This document shows positions 17,267-26,339 of a stretch of DNA of 46,920 bases, in pieces. The position numbers and the translations under genes are program-made. The DNA is from Methanobacteriota archaeon (GTDB lineage: Archaea > Thermoplasmatota > Poseidoniia > Poseidoniales > Poseidoniaceae): NCBI GenBank assembly GCA_009937205.1, contig JAACCR010000065.1, positions 1 to 46,920 on the forward strand, in the 5' to 3' direction. The notes under the pieces were generated by a model. The model was given only the letters and a program-made list of their open reading frames with translations. It searched no databases and was not told where the DNA came from. Numbering within the stretch: the first letter of the stretch is position 1; every line of letters begins with the position of its first letter.

Positions 17267-20146
17267 CTAATCTTCTAGCAATGCATCCATAGGATTCATT
17301 GACAATTCACTTGCGAGAGAGATTCCATCTCCGAAATCGATCCAGCTGCTTTCACCACGTATTTTTGCTCTAATGGAATGTTCTAGAGTAAATATTGCGG
17401 GAAGTAAGAATGCGCTGGTAAGGAAAGCAAAGAAAATTAGCATGCACATTATCATGAAGAAATTTTCGAGACCTGGGAATGCTGCTAAGAATCCCGCAGA
17501 TATACCTGCTATCGTAGTAAAAGTAGTCTCAAATATAGTCTGACCAGTTTCTTCTATAGAAGTGGCAATTCCATTAGGAGTCTCACCCTCCTCTTGTATT
17601 CTATGCATTACGTGAATAGAATCATCAACACCTATCCCAAACACGATAGTGCCTATCATAACTGTAAATATATTGATACTGACATCAGGGTTTTGCATCA
17701 GTAATGGTTGCCACAAGATTACCACTGCAACTGGAATCATGGAATAAAGTCCTAGTCTTATAGATCTAAAAACAAAGCACAACACGATAGTGAGAATAAT
17801 CAATGTGATAATAGTTGTTTGGTTTTGGGTATCATGTATGCCCTTATTGATATCAAGCGAGACTGGAAGTCCACCTGTAAGCAATGAAGTTCGTGTACCT
17901 TCCAAAGCTTGTTCTTCGGATAGCATTCCATCTATTTCGTCTCGTAGTTCACCAGCGACATTGAGATTCATATACGGTTGTGTAACATAGACGATAGCCT
18001 TGGTTCCAGCTTCATTGAGTAGCATTGATTTCACTTCATCGGTCAATGTATCAAAAACAACATTTACCATATCCTTTCTCAGCCCTTTGCGACCTTCAGG
18101 ACCAGTTAATTCTAATCCTAACCACACATTGCACTCTATTGGGTCATTACTCTCCCAGCAAGGCTCATGAAGTAAATCCCAAAGACTTCCTTCATACAGG
18201 GTCACTCCATCGGTTAGAGTGATTGTAGCGGGTATTGTTCTTAGGAATGTGATAATACTTGTTGTATTGGTTGAATCTATCGCATCTATGCGGTTTTCAA
18301 GTAAATCGATAGAATCTAATACGGGTAAATCTCTTATCTGATCTGTATTATTTTCATGAGTTCTATCCTCTGCATGATAGATAAATAGTGATGTCTGGCC
18401 ACTACCAAATTGTCTAGAATATTCTGCTAATGCATTTAGTGATTCAATACCGTCAGGTGCTTCGGATGAGCCAGTTATCGGCTCATTCATCTCATCCAGC
18501 GAAAGTAAACCGAGAGTAGTTACTGCTCCGGCTAACAAGATAATCATTAAGAATCCTTTAATCGGTATTTTGCTAATACCTCCCCATACTTGCGGATTAG
18601 TTCGTTTATGGAATTTCGTAAGCCACGCTAGTGTAGGTACCAAAATAATTGAGAAAATCAATGTGGAAATAATTCCTATCACCAATGTCAGTCCAACAGA
18701 ACGAATAGGAGTGATTGGAACTATTGTGGGTGCCATTAGTACAGAGAAACCGACGATAGTAGTCATCGCTGATAAGAATACAGCGACACCTGTAGATGAT
18801 GCCATCTCTAGGATACATTCCTTGTAAAAAGTAGCATCCCAAATATCGGGAACTTCTTCAGGAGGTTTTCCTTGCCTTCTCCTTCTTTCATTTTCATCGT
18901 TACAAGCGTCAATCCTTTTACGCCGAACTTCTTCTATTCTATTGACCATATGCAGCGCATAATCAACTCCTAAACCAATTAAGATTGGGAACGTTGCGAC
19001 TATCATAGGAGTAAGATGTACATCCATAATTACTGAAATTCCGAATGTTACAGCAAGGGCCATCATAATTGGTGTACCGGTAATGACAACAACCTTCAAA
19101 GAACGATGAATTGCCGAGATGAAAAGTATCGTGAAGAAAACAGACCATGGTAGTATCATAAGTAGGTCCTTGTAAATTTCTGCGGAAATATCTTCCAATA
19201 CCTTCGTTAGTCCTGTGACAGTCATTTCAGTATTTGTCATATCACTCGGCCTTGCATCGATTACATCTTGGAAATGGGCATGCAATTCATCGAAATTAGC
19301 ATAGTCATTAGTTACTTTTGGATTGGAATGCATACCAATTATAATCGCCGCAGTATCCCATATCCCATCACCATCTTGGTCGTTGGTATAATTACCATCA
19401 CCATCAGCATCCACAGTTGGGTCCATGTCGTTAGTGTCCTTGAAAAGTGCATCAAAACCCCCTTCTGATTCCTCAATAATCTGGTCGATTCTTGTTTGGT
19501 CAGGTATTGCATATTCGCCACCTCCAGGGAGATTACAATCGATTTGAATTGGTATCCTTGTATTAACCCCATGTTGGCATATAGAATTGTTGAAACGACC
19601 ATCTGCAGAATTTATTTCCTTGATAACTTGAGCGGGAGATATAATCCACAAGACACCATCATTTTCACCATGATCAATTTTATCATAATCAATTCCTCTA
19701 CCTGTGGAATCTCCACCAATATTATGGTCGTCACCTTCTACCCAACTTATTTCGCGAAGATAACTCTCAGAAGTTATATTTTCAACACTTTTGGTACTAA
19801 AGGCATTAGGGGTCTGGACATATATTATCGCAATATCAGTAGACCATTCCTTTTCGACTTCCAATAGTAATTTTGTTGATGGTGCGCCTTCGGGTAAAAA
19901 GATTTCAACATCATCCTCAATTTGGTCTTGAAAATCTAATCCCTGCTGAGCAAAAAATGCAGTTATTATCAGTAATAGAACAAGAACTGTCATAGGACTT
20001 GCAAGGACAGTTGAATACATGTCATCAAGTCTGCGCCTTGTTCCATTTGCAAGCGTTGCCCGAACCCTCCCAAGCGGTGAGAATCCAAGGGCATTATCTC
20101 CTTGGTCATCATCCGATACGCTTCCCATAGATAATGCGAGACGCAA
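17267..20146 (-). CDS. RND-superfamily exporter (COG1033 / MMPL-HpnN-like), 12-TM with two large extracytoplasmic loops
   Basis: 959 aa. Duplicated TM bundles carry GLGVDYALHMVNRIEE and GIGVDDSIHVMHRIQEE motifs. The first loop contains an Asp-rich calcium-binding-like insert. Confidence 0.8.
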   Translation of the reverse strand: MRLALSMGSVSDDDQGDNALGFSPLGRVRATLANGTRRRLDDMYSTVLASPMTVLVLLLIITAFFAQQGLDFQDQIEDDVEIFLPEGAPSTKLLLEVEKEWSTDIAIIYVQTPNAFSTKSVENITSESYLREISWVEGDDHNIGGDSTGRGIDYDKIDHGENDGVLWIISPAQVIKEINSADGRFNNSICQHGVNTRIPIQIDCNLPGGGEYAIPDQTRIDQIIEESEGGFDALFKDTNDMDPTVDADGDGNYTNDQDGDGIWDTAAIIIGMHSNPKVTNDYANFDELHAHFQDVIDARPSDMTNTEMTVTGLTKVLEDISAEIYKDLLMILPWSVFFTILFISAIHRSLKVVVITGTPIMMALAVTFGISVIMDVHLTPMIVATFPILIGLGVDYALHMVNRIEEVRRKRIDACNDENERRRRQGKPPEEVPDIWDATFYKECILEMASSTGVAVFLSAMTTIVGFSVLMAPTIVPITPIRSVGLTLVIGIISTLIFSIILVPTLAWLTKFHKRTNPQVWGGISKIPIKGFLMIILLAGAVTTLGLLSLDEMNEPITGSSEAPDGIESLNALAEYSRQFGSGQTSLFIYHAEDRTHENNTDQIRDLPVLDSIDLLENRIDAIDSTNTTSIITFLRTIPATITLTDGVTLYEGSLWDLLHEPCWESNDPIECNVWLGLELTGPEGRKGLRKDMVNVVFDTLTDEVKSMLLNEAGTKAIVYVTQPYMNLNVAGELRDEIDGMLSEEQALEGTRTSLLTGGLPVSLDINKGIHDTQNQTTIITLIILTIVLCFVFRSIRLGLYSMIPVAVVILWQPLLMQNPDVSINIFTVMIGTIVFGIGVDDSIHVMHRIQEEGETPNGIATSIEETGQTIFETTFTTIAGISAGFLAAFPGLENFFMIMCMLIFFAFLTSAFLLPAIFTLEHSIRAKIRGESSWIDFGDGISLASELSMNPMDALLED

Positions 20147-20185
20147 GCCGCTGATGAACCATTCTCAATAAAGAGTGTGAAACAA

Positions 20186-21154
20186 TCAATCCAAGCCAAA
20201 TTCTCTAACAAGCAAATGTCGCAAGAATCCACGTGCACTCTGTAGTACAAGTCCGGTTGCCATTAGTGATAATCCTAATACTCCAATCCAAATAGCGGAA
20301 AGTCCAGGTCCGATAATACTGTCAAATTGAGTAGAAACTCCTCTAGCAGTGTTTAGCCCCATTGCTGCACCAGTTGCAAGTAACCCCATTCCAGGTATTC
20401 CAAGAACGAGTAGCGGTTTCTTTTGTGAAAGAGATAGCATTGCCCAAGTTAGTACAGTGAATCCATGTGACACAGCTGTGAAGTTACTTCCTTTTGGCAC
20501 ATCATACCTAATGACAGTTGGAATTTCCTTGATCAATAATTTCTTGTCATGAGCATCTTCCAGCATTTCAAGTGATAATTCCATTCCCTCTGAATCAAAC
20601 CTCAAACGGTCAAGGGCTGTTTTTGAGAATGCTCTAAATCCAGATTGAGTGTCTTTGATCCCCAAATCACTGGATAGATTAGAAGCAGCAGTAATCACTT
20701 TAATTCCCAATCGGCGATATGCAGGCATATCAGTTCCACCACCGCCATTAATGAATCTAGAACCAATTGTAAAATCAACTTCTCCATCAATTATTGGCTT
20801 CAATAATTTGGGGATGTCAGAAGTTTCATGTTGACCATCTGAATCCAGGACGACCAAAGCATCAGCATTCATTGCTCTTGCTTTTTGAAATAAACTCTGC
20901 AATGCACCGCCATATCCGCGATTAACTCTGTGACGATGGACAATTGCTCCGCATGTTTCAGCGATTTTTGCACTCGAATCCGATGACCCATCATCGATAC
21001 AAATAACGGCATCAACATATCGCAGTGCCATTGTAACAACAGTTCCAATGGTCTCTTCTTCGTTGTACATTGGCATGCCTGCAACTATGAATGGTTTAGT
21101 CTCTGCAGTAGCCGAAGACATAGTATTCACTACTAGTATCTGATTTTCGCCCAT
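20186..21154 (-). CDS. Family 2 glycosyltransferase (dolichyl-phosphate hexose synthase-like) with C-terminal TM segments
   Basis: MPMYNEEETIG, ICIDDGSSDSS, VLDSDGQHE and QSGFRAF motifs. It lies 40 nt upstream of the RND gene on the same strand. The ORF track starts at GTG 21163; the ATG is at 21154. Confidence 0.85.
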   Translation of the reverse strand: MGENQILVVNTMSSATAETKPFIVAGMPMYNEEETIGTVVTMALRYVDAVICIDDGSSDSSAKIAETCGAIVHRHRVNRGYGGALQSLFQKARAMNADALVVLDSDGQHETSDIPKLLKPIIDGEVDFTIGSRFINGGGGTDMPAYRRLGIKVITAASNLSSDLGIKDTQSGFRAFSKTALDRLRFDSEGMELSLEMLEDAHDKKLLIKEIPTVIRYDVPKGSNFTAVSHGFTVLTWAMLSLSQKKPLLVLGIPGMGLLATGAAMGLNTARGVSTQFDSIIGPGLSAIWIGVLGLSLMATGLVLQSARGFLRHLLVREFGLD

Positions 21155-21357
21155 ATTTAGCACTATTTGATAAATTGGTGGTTAATATTACATTAGAACT
21201 GCATGCATAGTAGGGCAATTATCATTTTTATATATTGTAATTGATAGTGGGCTCACCAAAGTTCCTCAGAAAATTGATGAGCAGAACCCTGCTATTGCAA
21301 GGTGAGTTTCAACGCATTGAAACTTGTCTCGACATTGGATAATGAGATGTCCGACTA

Positions 21358-21621
21358 TTAGCCCTGCATTTGAGATACAGTAGTAACAGCTCTTTCACCA
21401 TTCAATACTTTGTTTAAAGCATTCAATGAAATGATCAGCGGCACATAAGCCTGGCCATCACTTGTCACATAGGTTGAGCAATCTGCAAAAGCACTTGTGT
21501 TGATGCTTAATTTCAAAGCACCACCTGCATTACTTCTCCTAACATATCCTATTAGCGCACTGTTGCCAGTGTATTCTTCGTTCTCAGTTTCAGTCTTCTT
21601 TGTTTCAGTTTTTTTTACCAT
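21358..21621 (-). CDS. Hypothetical 87-aa protein with a charged KKTETKKTETE N-terminus
   Basis: ATG ORF isolated between intergenic regions of 194 and 138 nt. I recognise no family. Confidence 0.5.
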   Translation of the reverse strand: MVKKTETKKTETENEEYTGNSALIGYVRRSNAGGALKLSINTSAFADCSTYVTSDGQAYVPLIISLNALNKVLNGERAVTTVSQMQG

Positions 21622-21759
21622 GTTTACACATCATCCATGCACATTTCTGTTGCACGGTAACTTCAACGAATCACCTTAATCCTCATAAAAGTCACTAATT
21701 ATTGCAAGGGAGGGTCAGGTCATCATTTGAAAACACTGATACATAGGGGGGAGTGAGGA

Positions 21760-22710
21760 ATGACCATGCGAGCGTTAGTTACCGGTGGGGCAGGATTCAT
21801 CGGCTCTCACTTAATTGACAGATTAGTTTCTAGAGGAGACACAGTGGTAGTTCTCGATAACTTGTCGAGTGGCAATCTAGATTTCATCCAAAATCATCTC
21901 GATTCAGGCAAGGTCTCATTGGTCAAAGGCGACGTCACAAATTATCAGGATGTTCTTTCAGCAATGAAGGGGATAGAATGCGTATTCCACTTAGCAGCAA
22001 ATCCAGATATTAGATTAGGAACAAAAATTACTGATACTGATTTGAAGCAAGGGACTATTGCTACATACAACATTGTTGAGGCTATGCGCATCAATGGAGT
22101 AAAGAAAATTGCCTTTGCTTCTTCTTCAGTTGTATATGGAGAAGATGCTCCAATGCCGACTCCAGAAAACCACGGTCCATGTTTGCCAATTTCACTATAT
22201 GGTGCAAGTAAACAAGCGGGTGAGGGATTAATTTCAAGTTGGGTTGGAACTTTTGGTTTACAAGCTTGGATTTTCCGCTTTGCCAACATCATTGGAACTA
22301 GAGGCACGCATGGTGTAATCTTTGATTTCATTCACAAACTAAAGTCAGACCCTTCTCGATTAGAAGTACTTGGTAATGGCTTACAAGAAAAGTCCTACAT
22401 GGAAGTTGGCGATTGTGTCGATGGCATCTTACATGTGATGAATAATACTGATCAGCAATTAAATCTGTACAACCTTGGTAGTCATGACACTGCATCTGTA
22501 AAAAGAATTGCAGAAATAGTGGTCGAAGAGACGGGTTGTGAAGGCGCTTCAATAGAATATACTGGTGGAGATCGAGGCTGGGCAGGAGATGTTCCGAGAG
22601 CGATGTTGGCAATCGACAAAATGTTGCAAATTGGCTTCGATGTAAATTATAATTCCGAAGATGCGATAAGGCATACGGCACGTGCACTGATTGAAGAAAT
22701 TGGTTTGTAA
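21760..22710 (+). CDS. NAD-dependent nucleotide-sugar epimerase/dehydratase (SDR family)
   Basis: VTGGAGFIGSHL Rossmann motif and catalytic YGASK. A strong SD (GGGGGGAGTGAGG) precedes the ATG. Confidence 0.85.
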   Translation: MTMRALVTGGAGFIGSHLIDRLVSRGDTVVVLDNLSSGNLDFIQNHLDSGKVSLVKGDVTNYQDVLSAMKGIECVFHLAANPDIRLGTKITDTDLKQGTIATYNIVEAMRINGVKKIAFASSSVVYGEDAPMPTPENHGPCLPISLYGASKQAGEGLISSWVGTFGLQAWIFRFANIIGTRGTHGVIFDFIHKLKSDPSRLEVLGNGLQEKSYMEVGDCVDGILHVMNNTDQQLNLYNLGSHDTASVKRIAEIVVEETGCEGASIEYTGGDRGWAGDVPRAMLAIDKMLQIGFDVNYNSEDAIRHTARALIEEIGL

Positions 22711-22737
22711 GTGAAAAACTGAGAGAAGGTGGATAAC

Positions 22738-23475
22738 ATGAAAATAAAATATGATGATAATGGCGATGCAAGAATGGATACAGCATTAACTGCGATTGCG
22801 ATATTCATAGCTGCAATTATGGTAATTAGTTTGACTACAAGTCCTGTTATAACTGGTACAAAAGAGGGTGATAGGGCACCTAATATCACTGGAAAGGCAT
22901 ACAATGGAAGTGGATGGCAGGATTTTGACTTACAGACATATTATGATTACGATTGGAGTTTAGAAAATAACAATACTACTGGAAGTCAATGGGTGATGAT
23001 CGAATTTTTGGATACCGATTGCCCTTTCTGTTTCAATGAGGCAAGAGAATATCAAGAAGCATCTCAATACTTTTCATCTGAAAATATAGAATCGCCTTGG
23101 ACCGGTCCGCATATCAGTTTCATTGCCAACGCAGCGGAACTTACTGGATTGAAGGGTCATGAATCTTCCCGAGAAGAAATCATGGCGTTTAGGGACAAGA
23201 CCTCGGGAGAGATGTGTAATGCTGGTAACCAAGATTGTTCAACAAGAGATGGTGCGCCATATTTTATTCCATTCATTGATGATTTAGATAAATCTAATAT
23301 GAATAAGTGGGATATCGGTGGTACACCTGCATATTTCTTGATACAACCAGATGGAATAGTTGCTTGGGCAAGTCATGAATCGGAAGAAACATTTCCTCAG
23401 GCCATATATAGAATCGTTAACGAAGAGTATATCATGGCACTCCATCCTCAAAACGATTCACAAGGAGATGAGTGA
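22738..23475 (+). CDS. Membrane-anchored thioredoxin-fold protein (TlpA/redoxin-like), CPFC active site
   Basis: N-terminal TM ALTAIAIFIAAIMVISL, then FLDTDCPFCFNEA. The stop abuts the VKOR start codon. Confidence 0.7.
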   Translation: MKIKYDDNGDARMDTALTAIAIFIAAIMVISLTTSPVITGTKEGDRAPNITGKAYNGSGWQDFDLQTYYDYDWSLENNNTTGSQWVMIEFLDTDCPFCFNEAREYQEASQYFSSENIESPWTGPHISFIANAAELTGLKGHESSREEIMAFRDKTSGEMCNAGNQDCSTRDGAPYFIPFIDDLDKSNMNKWDIGGTPAYFLIQPDGIVAWASHESEETFPQAIYRIVNEEYIMALHPQNDSQGDE

Positions 23476-24075
23476 ATGGAACTATTTGATTCAAATACAA
23501 TATTAGCCGTAATGGTAATTCCAATGGCATTAGGATTCCTCCTAATATCACCGATGGGTGAATCGTTGTCGGCTTCAATATCTGACAAGTTTCCATCTTT
23601 GAAAACATTGAGAGGAAGACTTCTAATGGGTTCTCTTCTAATTACATCTTCTGGATTCTTAGTTGCTTCTATGACGCTTTGGATATCCAATACAATCTCA
23701 GAAGGAGCAGGTTTCTGTGCAGTCGACAGCCTTTTTTCCTGCGATGATGTCATTGGTAATGATGAATTTAACAAAGTACCAATAATTGGCATCAGCTGGG
23801 CTTGGCTAGGAATTATTGTCTACACCTTTTTCTTATGGATCTTGATGAGTATCAACAAAGAACCTAATGCTGAATGGGTCGGTTCAAACATCAAGTTAGG
23901 ATTTATGGCTACAACATTAGGTCTCTTACCGATAATTTGGCTTATTTATGCTGAATTCCAAATGGGTAAGATATGTCCCTATTGTACTGCTGCACACATA
24001 GGAAACATTCTTCTGATTTACGGATTCTGGCAAATGGGTAAACTCTATGATTCCGGTGAATGGCATAAACAGTGA
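23476..24075 (+). CDS. Vitamin K epoxide reductase (VKOR) family membrane protein
   Basis: Polytopic protein. Loop cysteine pair CAVDSLFSC and in-membrane CPYC, the four-Cys pattern typical of VKOR. Confidence 0.8.
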   Translation: MELFDSNTILAVMVIPMALGFLLISPMGESLSASISDKFPSLKTLRGRLLMGSLLITSSGFLVASMTLWISNTISEGAGFCAVDSLFSCDDVIGNDEFNKVPIIGISWAWLGIIVYTFFLWILMSINKEPNAEWVGSNIKLGFMATTLGLLPIIWLIYAEFQMGKICPYCTAAHIGNILLIYGFWQMGKLYDSGEWHKQ

Positions 24076-24076
24076 A

Positions 24077-24346
24077 TCAAGGGATACAATCTCCATCAAA
24101 GTGTAAAGCATCAGTTTCGAGAACTGTTTCTTCCATACGAAGGACAGTAACATCAATTCGACCACTACCAGGATATGCTATCCTTAGTTCATGGAGAAGG
24201 CTTCTTTGAACATCTTGGTGATCCTCGCCGTACAGTATAGATAGATGGTGGATTTTTTCCCCATCTACCAAAGCGATGTATTCAACAACCCACTCTTTTG
24301 GAGGAGTCTCCCCCTCCCATGCTATATCTTCCCATGTTTCTTCCAT
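24077..24346 (-). CDS. Hypothetical small acidic protein (89 aa)
   Basis: ATG ORF with no recognisable motif. Coding status rests on ORF length only. Confidence 0.4.
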   Translation of the reverse strand: MEETWEDIAWEGETPPKEWVVEYIALVDGEKIHHLSILYGEDHQDVQRSLLHELRIAYPGSGRIDVTVLRMEETVLETDALHFDGDCIP

Positions 24347-24454
24347 GTATTATAATCAGCAACCACACTTATCAACAATCCGGTGAAATGCATCACTAAT
24401 CGCCTTTATCCGGTACTTATTACCGTAATAAGGTATGAATTCTGCAGTATCCAG

Positions 24455-25384
24455 TCACTTTTTCCTTCTAAGATTGTAGATCAATCCGCAACCAATGAAA
24501 ATAAAAGCAAAAACCAATAGCGAATTATCAACGTTACTTTGAGTAACTGGATAGGCTTTACTCTTAAATTCAACAATGCCAAAAGTTCCTGATGAACCAT
24601 TTTCAAGTTGTGAAGTAGTCGGCTCATGAATTAGCAATACGCTGAATACATCGTTCTCAGGAGAAAAGGTTACAGAAAAATCATCAACACAAGAAGTCGT
24701 TTCTGCAGATAACAGATTGATTTCAGAAGTTATTGTTGAACTACTTATGTCACATTCAGCAATTGCAGTAAGAACTCTATCTCTTGTATCTCCACCAGGG
24801 TTGTCAAACCCTTCAGGAACTATCTTTTCATGCTGAACTATCATAATTGTTAGCTGACCACTATTTATTGAACCATTGTCCACAACCTTTGCAGTTGCAG
24901 TCCAAGTATCATTATACTGTTGTAGATCCAGTTTCAGTTGTGTGTAAGTTTGACGTTTGACCTCTTCATTGAGAATATCCGAATTAACATCTGGCCAAGA
25001 GTCAGGTCCAATCCTAAGATTTCCAGACTCTACGATAAATGTTGGAGTTGAACCAATTTCTGGATGGGTTATCAATAGTCTATCTATTCTATTTTGAGCC
25101 GCAAGTGGTTGGAATGCATCCACATCATCACTTGGGTGGTATGCGACCATCGCAATTCTGGAGCCATGAGCGTATGCGAATTCCATCAAATATGGGTCTA
25201 TTTCAGCACAACTTGGGCACCAAGTTGCAGTGTATTCTTCGATTAGAATACTACGGCCACCGCTGACGCTGTATGTTTGAACTTGGGAATCAACAGAATC
25301 GCTTGCAACAATTGGTATTTGAACAGAGAGTAGCATGACAGAAATAATCGTAAATACGCTTAAGCGAGCATAATCGATTGCCAT
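24455..25384 (-). CDS. Secreted thioredoxin-fold protein (WCPSC) with a C-terminal TM and basic anchor
   Basis: Signal-like N-terminus LSVFTIISVMLLSVQIPIVAS, EEYTATWCPSCAEI, and C-terminus LLVFAFIFIGCGLIYNLRRKK. The ORF track starts at TTG 25405; the ATG is at 25384. Confidence 0.65.
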   Translation of the reverse strand: MAIDYARLSVFTIISVMLLSVQIPIVASDSVDSQVQTYSVSGGRSILIEEYTATWCPSCAEIDPYLMEFAYAHGSRIAMVAYHPSDDVDAFQPLAAQNRIDRLLITHPEIGSTPTFIVESGNLRIGPDSWPDVNSDILNEEVKRQTYTQLKLDLQQYNDTWTATAKVVDNGSINSGQLTIMIVQHEKIVPEGFDNPGGDTRDRVLTAIAECDISSSTITSEINLLSAETTSCVDDFSVTFSPENDVFSVLLIHEPTTSQLENGSSGTFGIVEFKSKAYPVTQSNVDNSLLVFAFIFIGCGLIYNLRRKK

Positions 25385-25495
25385 CAAGCACCGCCACAAA
25401 GCCAAACCCCTTCATCTCTTTGTTTGACGTTGACTACGAGAGGAGAGTTCATCAAAGAGGGGTGGACGAGCATAACTTGAGCAGGAGGGGTTGTT

Positions 25496-26020
25496 ATGGC
25501 TGACCATTGGATTGAGAATCACAAACGTGACCCTTGGAGGCGTCAAGCCAAGGCCAGTGGATATAGGGCACGCTCAGCCTTTAAGCTCAAACAAATCCAA
25601 GAACGATTCAAGTTGATCGACAAGGGTGACGTTATTCTTGATGTCGGATGTTTTCCTGGTGGCTGGACTCAAGTTGCATTAGAACTTGTAGGAGAGGAAG
25701 GAGATGTTGTGGGTGTTGACCTTGACCCATGCCAACCGATTGAGGGGGCAGCTCTTCTAGTGGGTGATATCACAGATCCACATACACAAGATAGAGTTCT
25801 TGAATATCTAAATGGGCGACAACTTAACAGCATTATTTCAGATATTTCACCAAATATTACTGGCAAATGGGATATGGATCAAGCAATTGCTATGACTTTA
25901 GTTACAGAAGTATTTGATTTCGCTTTGCCATTTTTGTGTAAAGGTGGACATTTCGTAACAAAATTATTCCAAGGAGTTGGTGTTGAAGAATTGATAAATG
26001 CGGTGAGACCACATTTCTAG
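25496..26020 (+). CDS. rlmE: 23S rRNA (uridine-2'-O)-methyltransferase RlmE/FtsJ, N-terminal 174 codons ending at an in-frame TAG
   Basis: GYRARSAFKLKQI, LDVGCFPGGWTQV, DISPNITG and FVTKLFQG motifs. The ORF stops at TAG 26018-26020, before the last conserved block. Confidence 0.8.
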   Translation: MADHWIENHKRDPWRRQAKASGYRARSAFKLKQIQERFKLIDKGDVILDVGCFPGGWTQVALELVGEEGDVVGVDLDPCQPIEGAALLVGDITDPHTQDRVLEYLNGRQLNSIISDISPNITGKWDMDQAIAMTLVTEVFDFALPFLCKGGHFVTKLFQGVGVEELINAVRPHF

Positions 26021-26233
26021 GATGTCAGGAGACATTCACCTCACGCAAGTAGAAACTCATCCTCAGAAGTGTATTTGATTTGCCGAAGATACCAACCTTG
26101 GGCTGTCGCTGATGTAAATATCAGTGATACTTATGAATTTGAATTAAATAAAAAACTCAGTGGAGAAGATATCGCAGATGGTCCAGAAATAATACAATCA
26201 TCATTCTCTGTCCGTAAAAAGAAAGCCGACTGA
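26021..26233 (+). pseudogene. rlmE: In-frame continuation of rlmE downstream of the TAG (C-terminal conserved block and tail)
   Basis: Same frame, 70 sense codons: DVRRHSPHASRNSSSEVYLICRRY..., ending at TGA 26231-26233. It matches the family's P-x-ASR-x-x-S-x-E-x-Y block. There is no start codon of its own near the 5' end. Confidence 0.7.
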
Positions 26234-26339
26234 ATCTCGTTTACAGTTATGATTTCGCTTAATGAGAACAACTTGCAATGTAATCATCAGCATAACATAT
26301 GCATTTGATTGATAAACATTGAATAAATCTCATTATTTT

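Noticed and set aside
24416-24432. A small perfect hairpin CTTATTA-CCG-TAATAAG downstream of the thioredoxin-fold gene, as a possible terminator.
   Set aside because: It has only 7 AT-rich base pairs and no adjoining oligo-T tract on the relevant strand. It is too weak to call a feature without transcript data.
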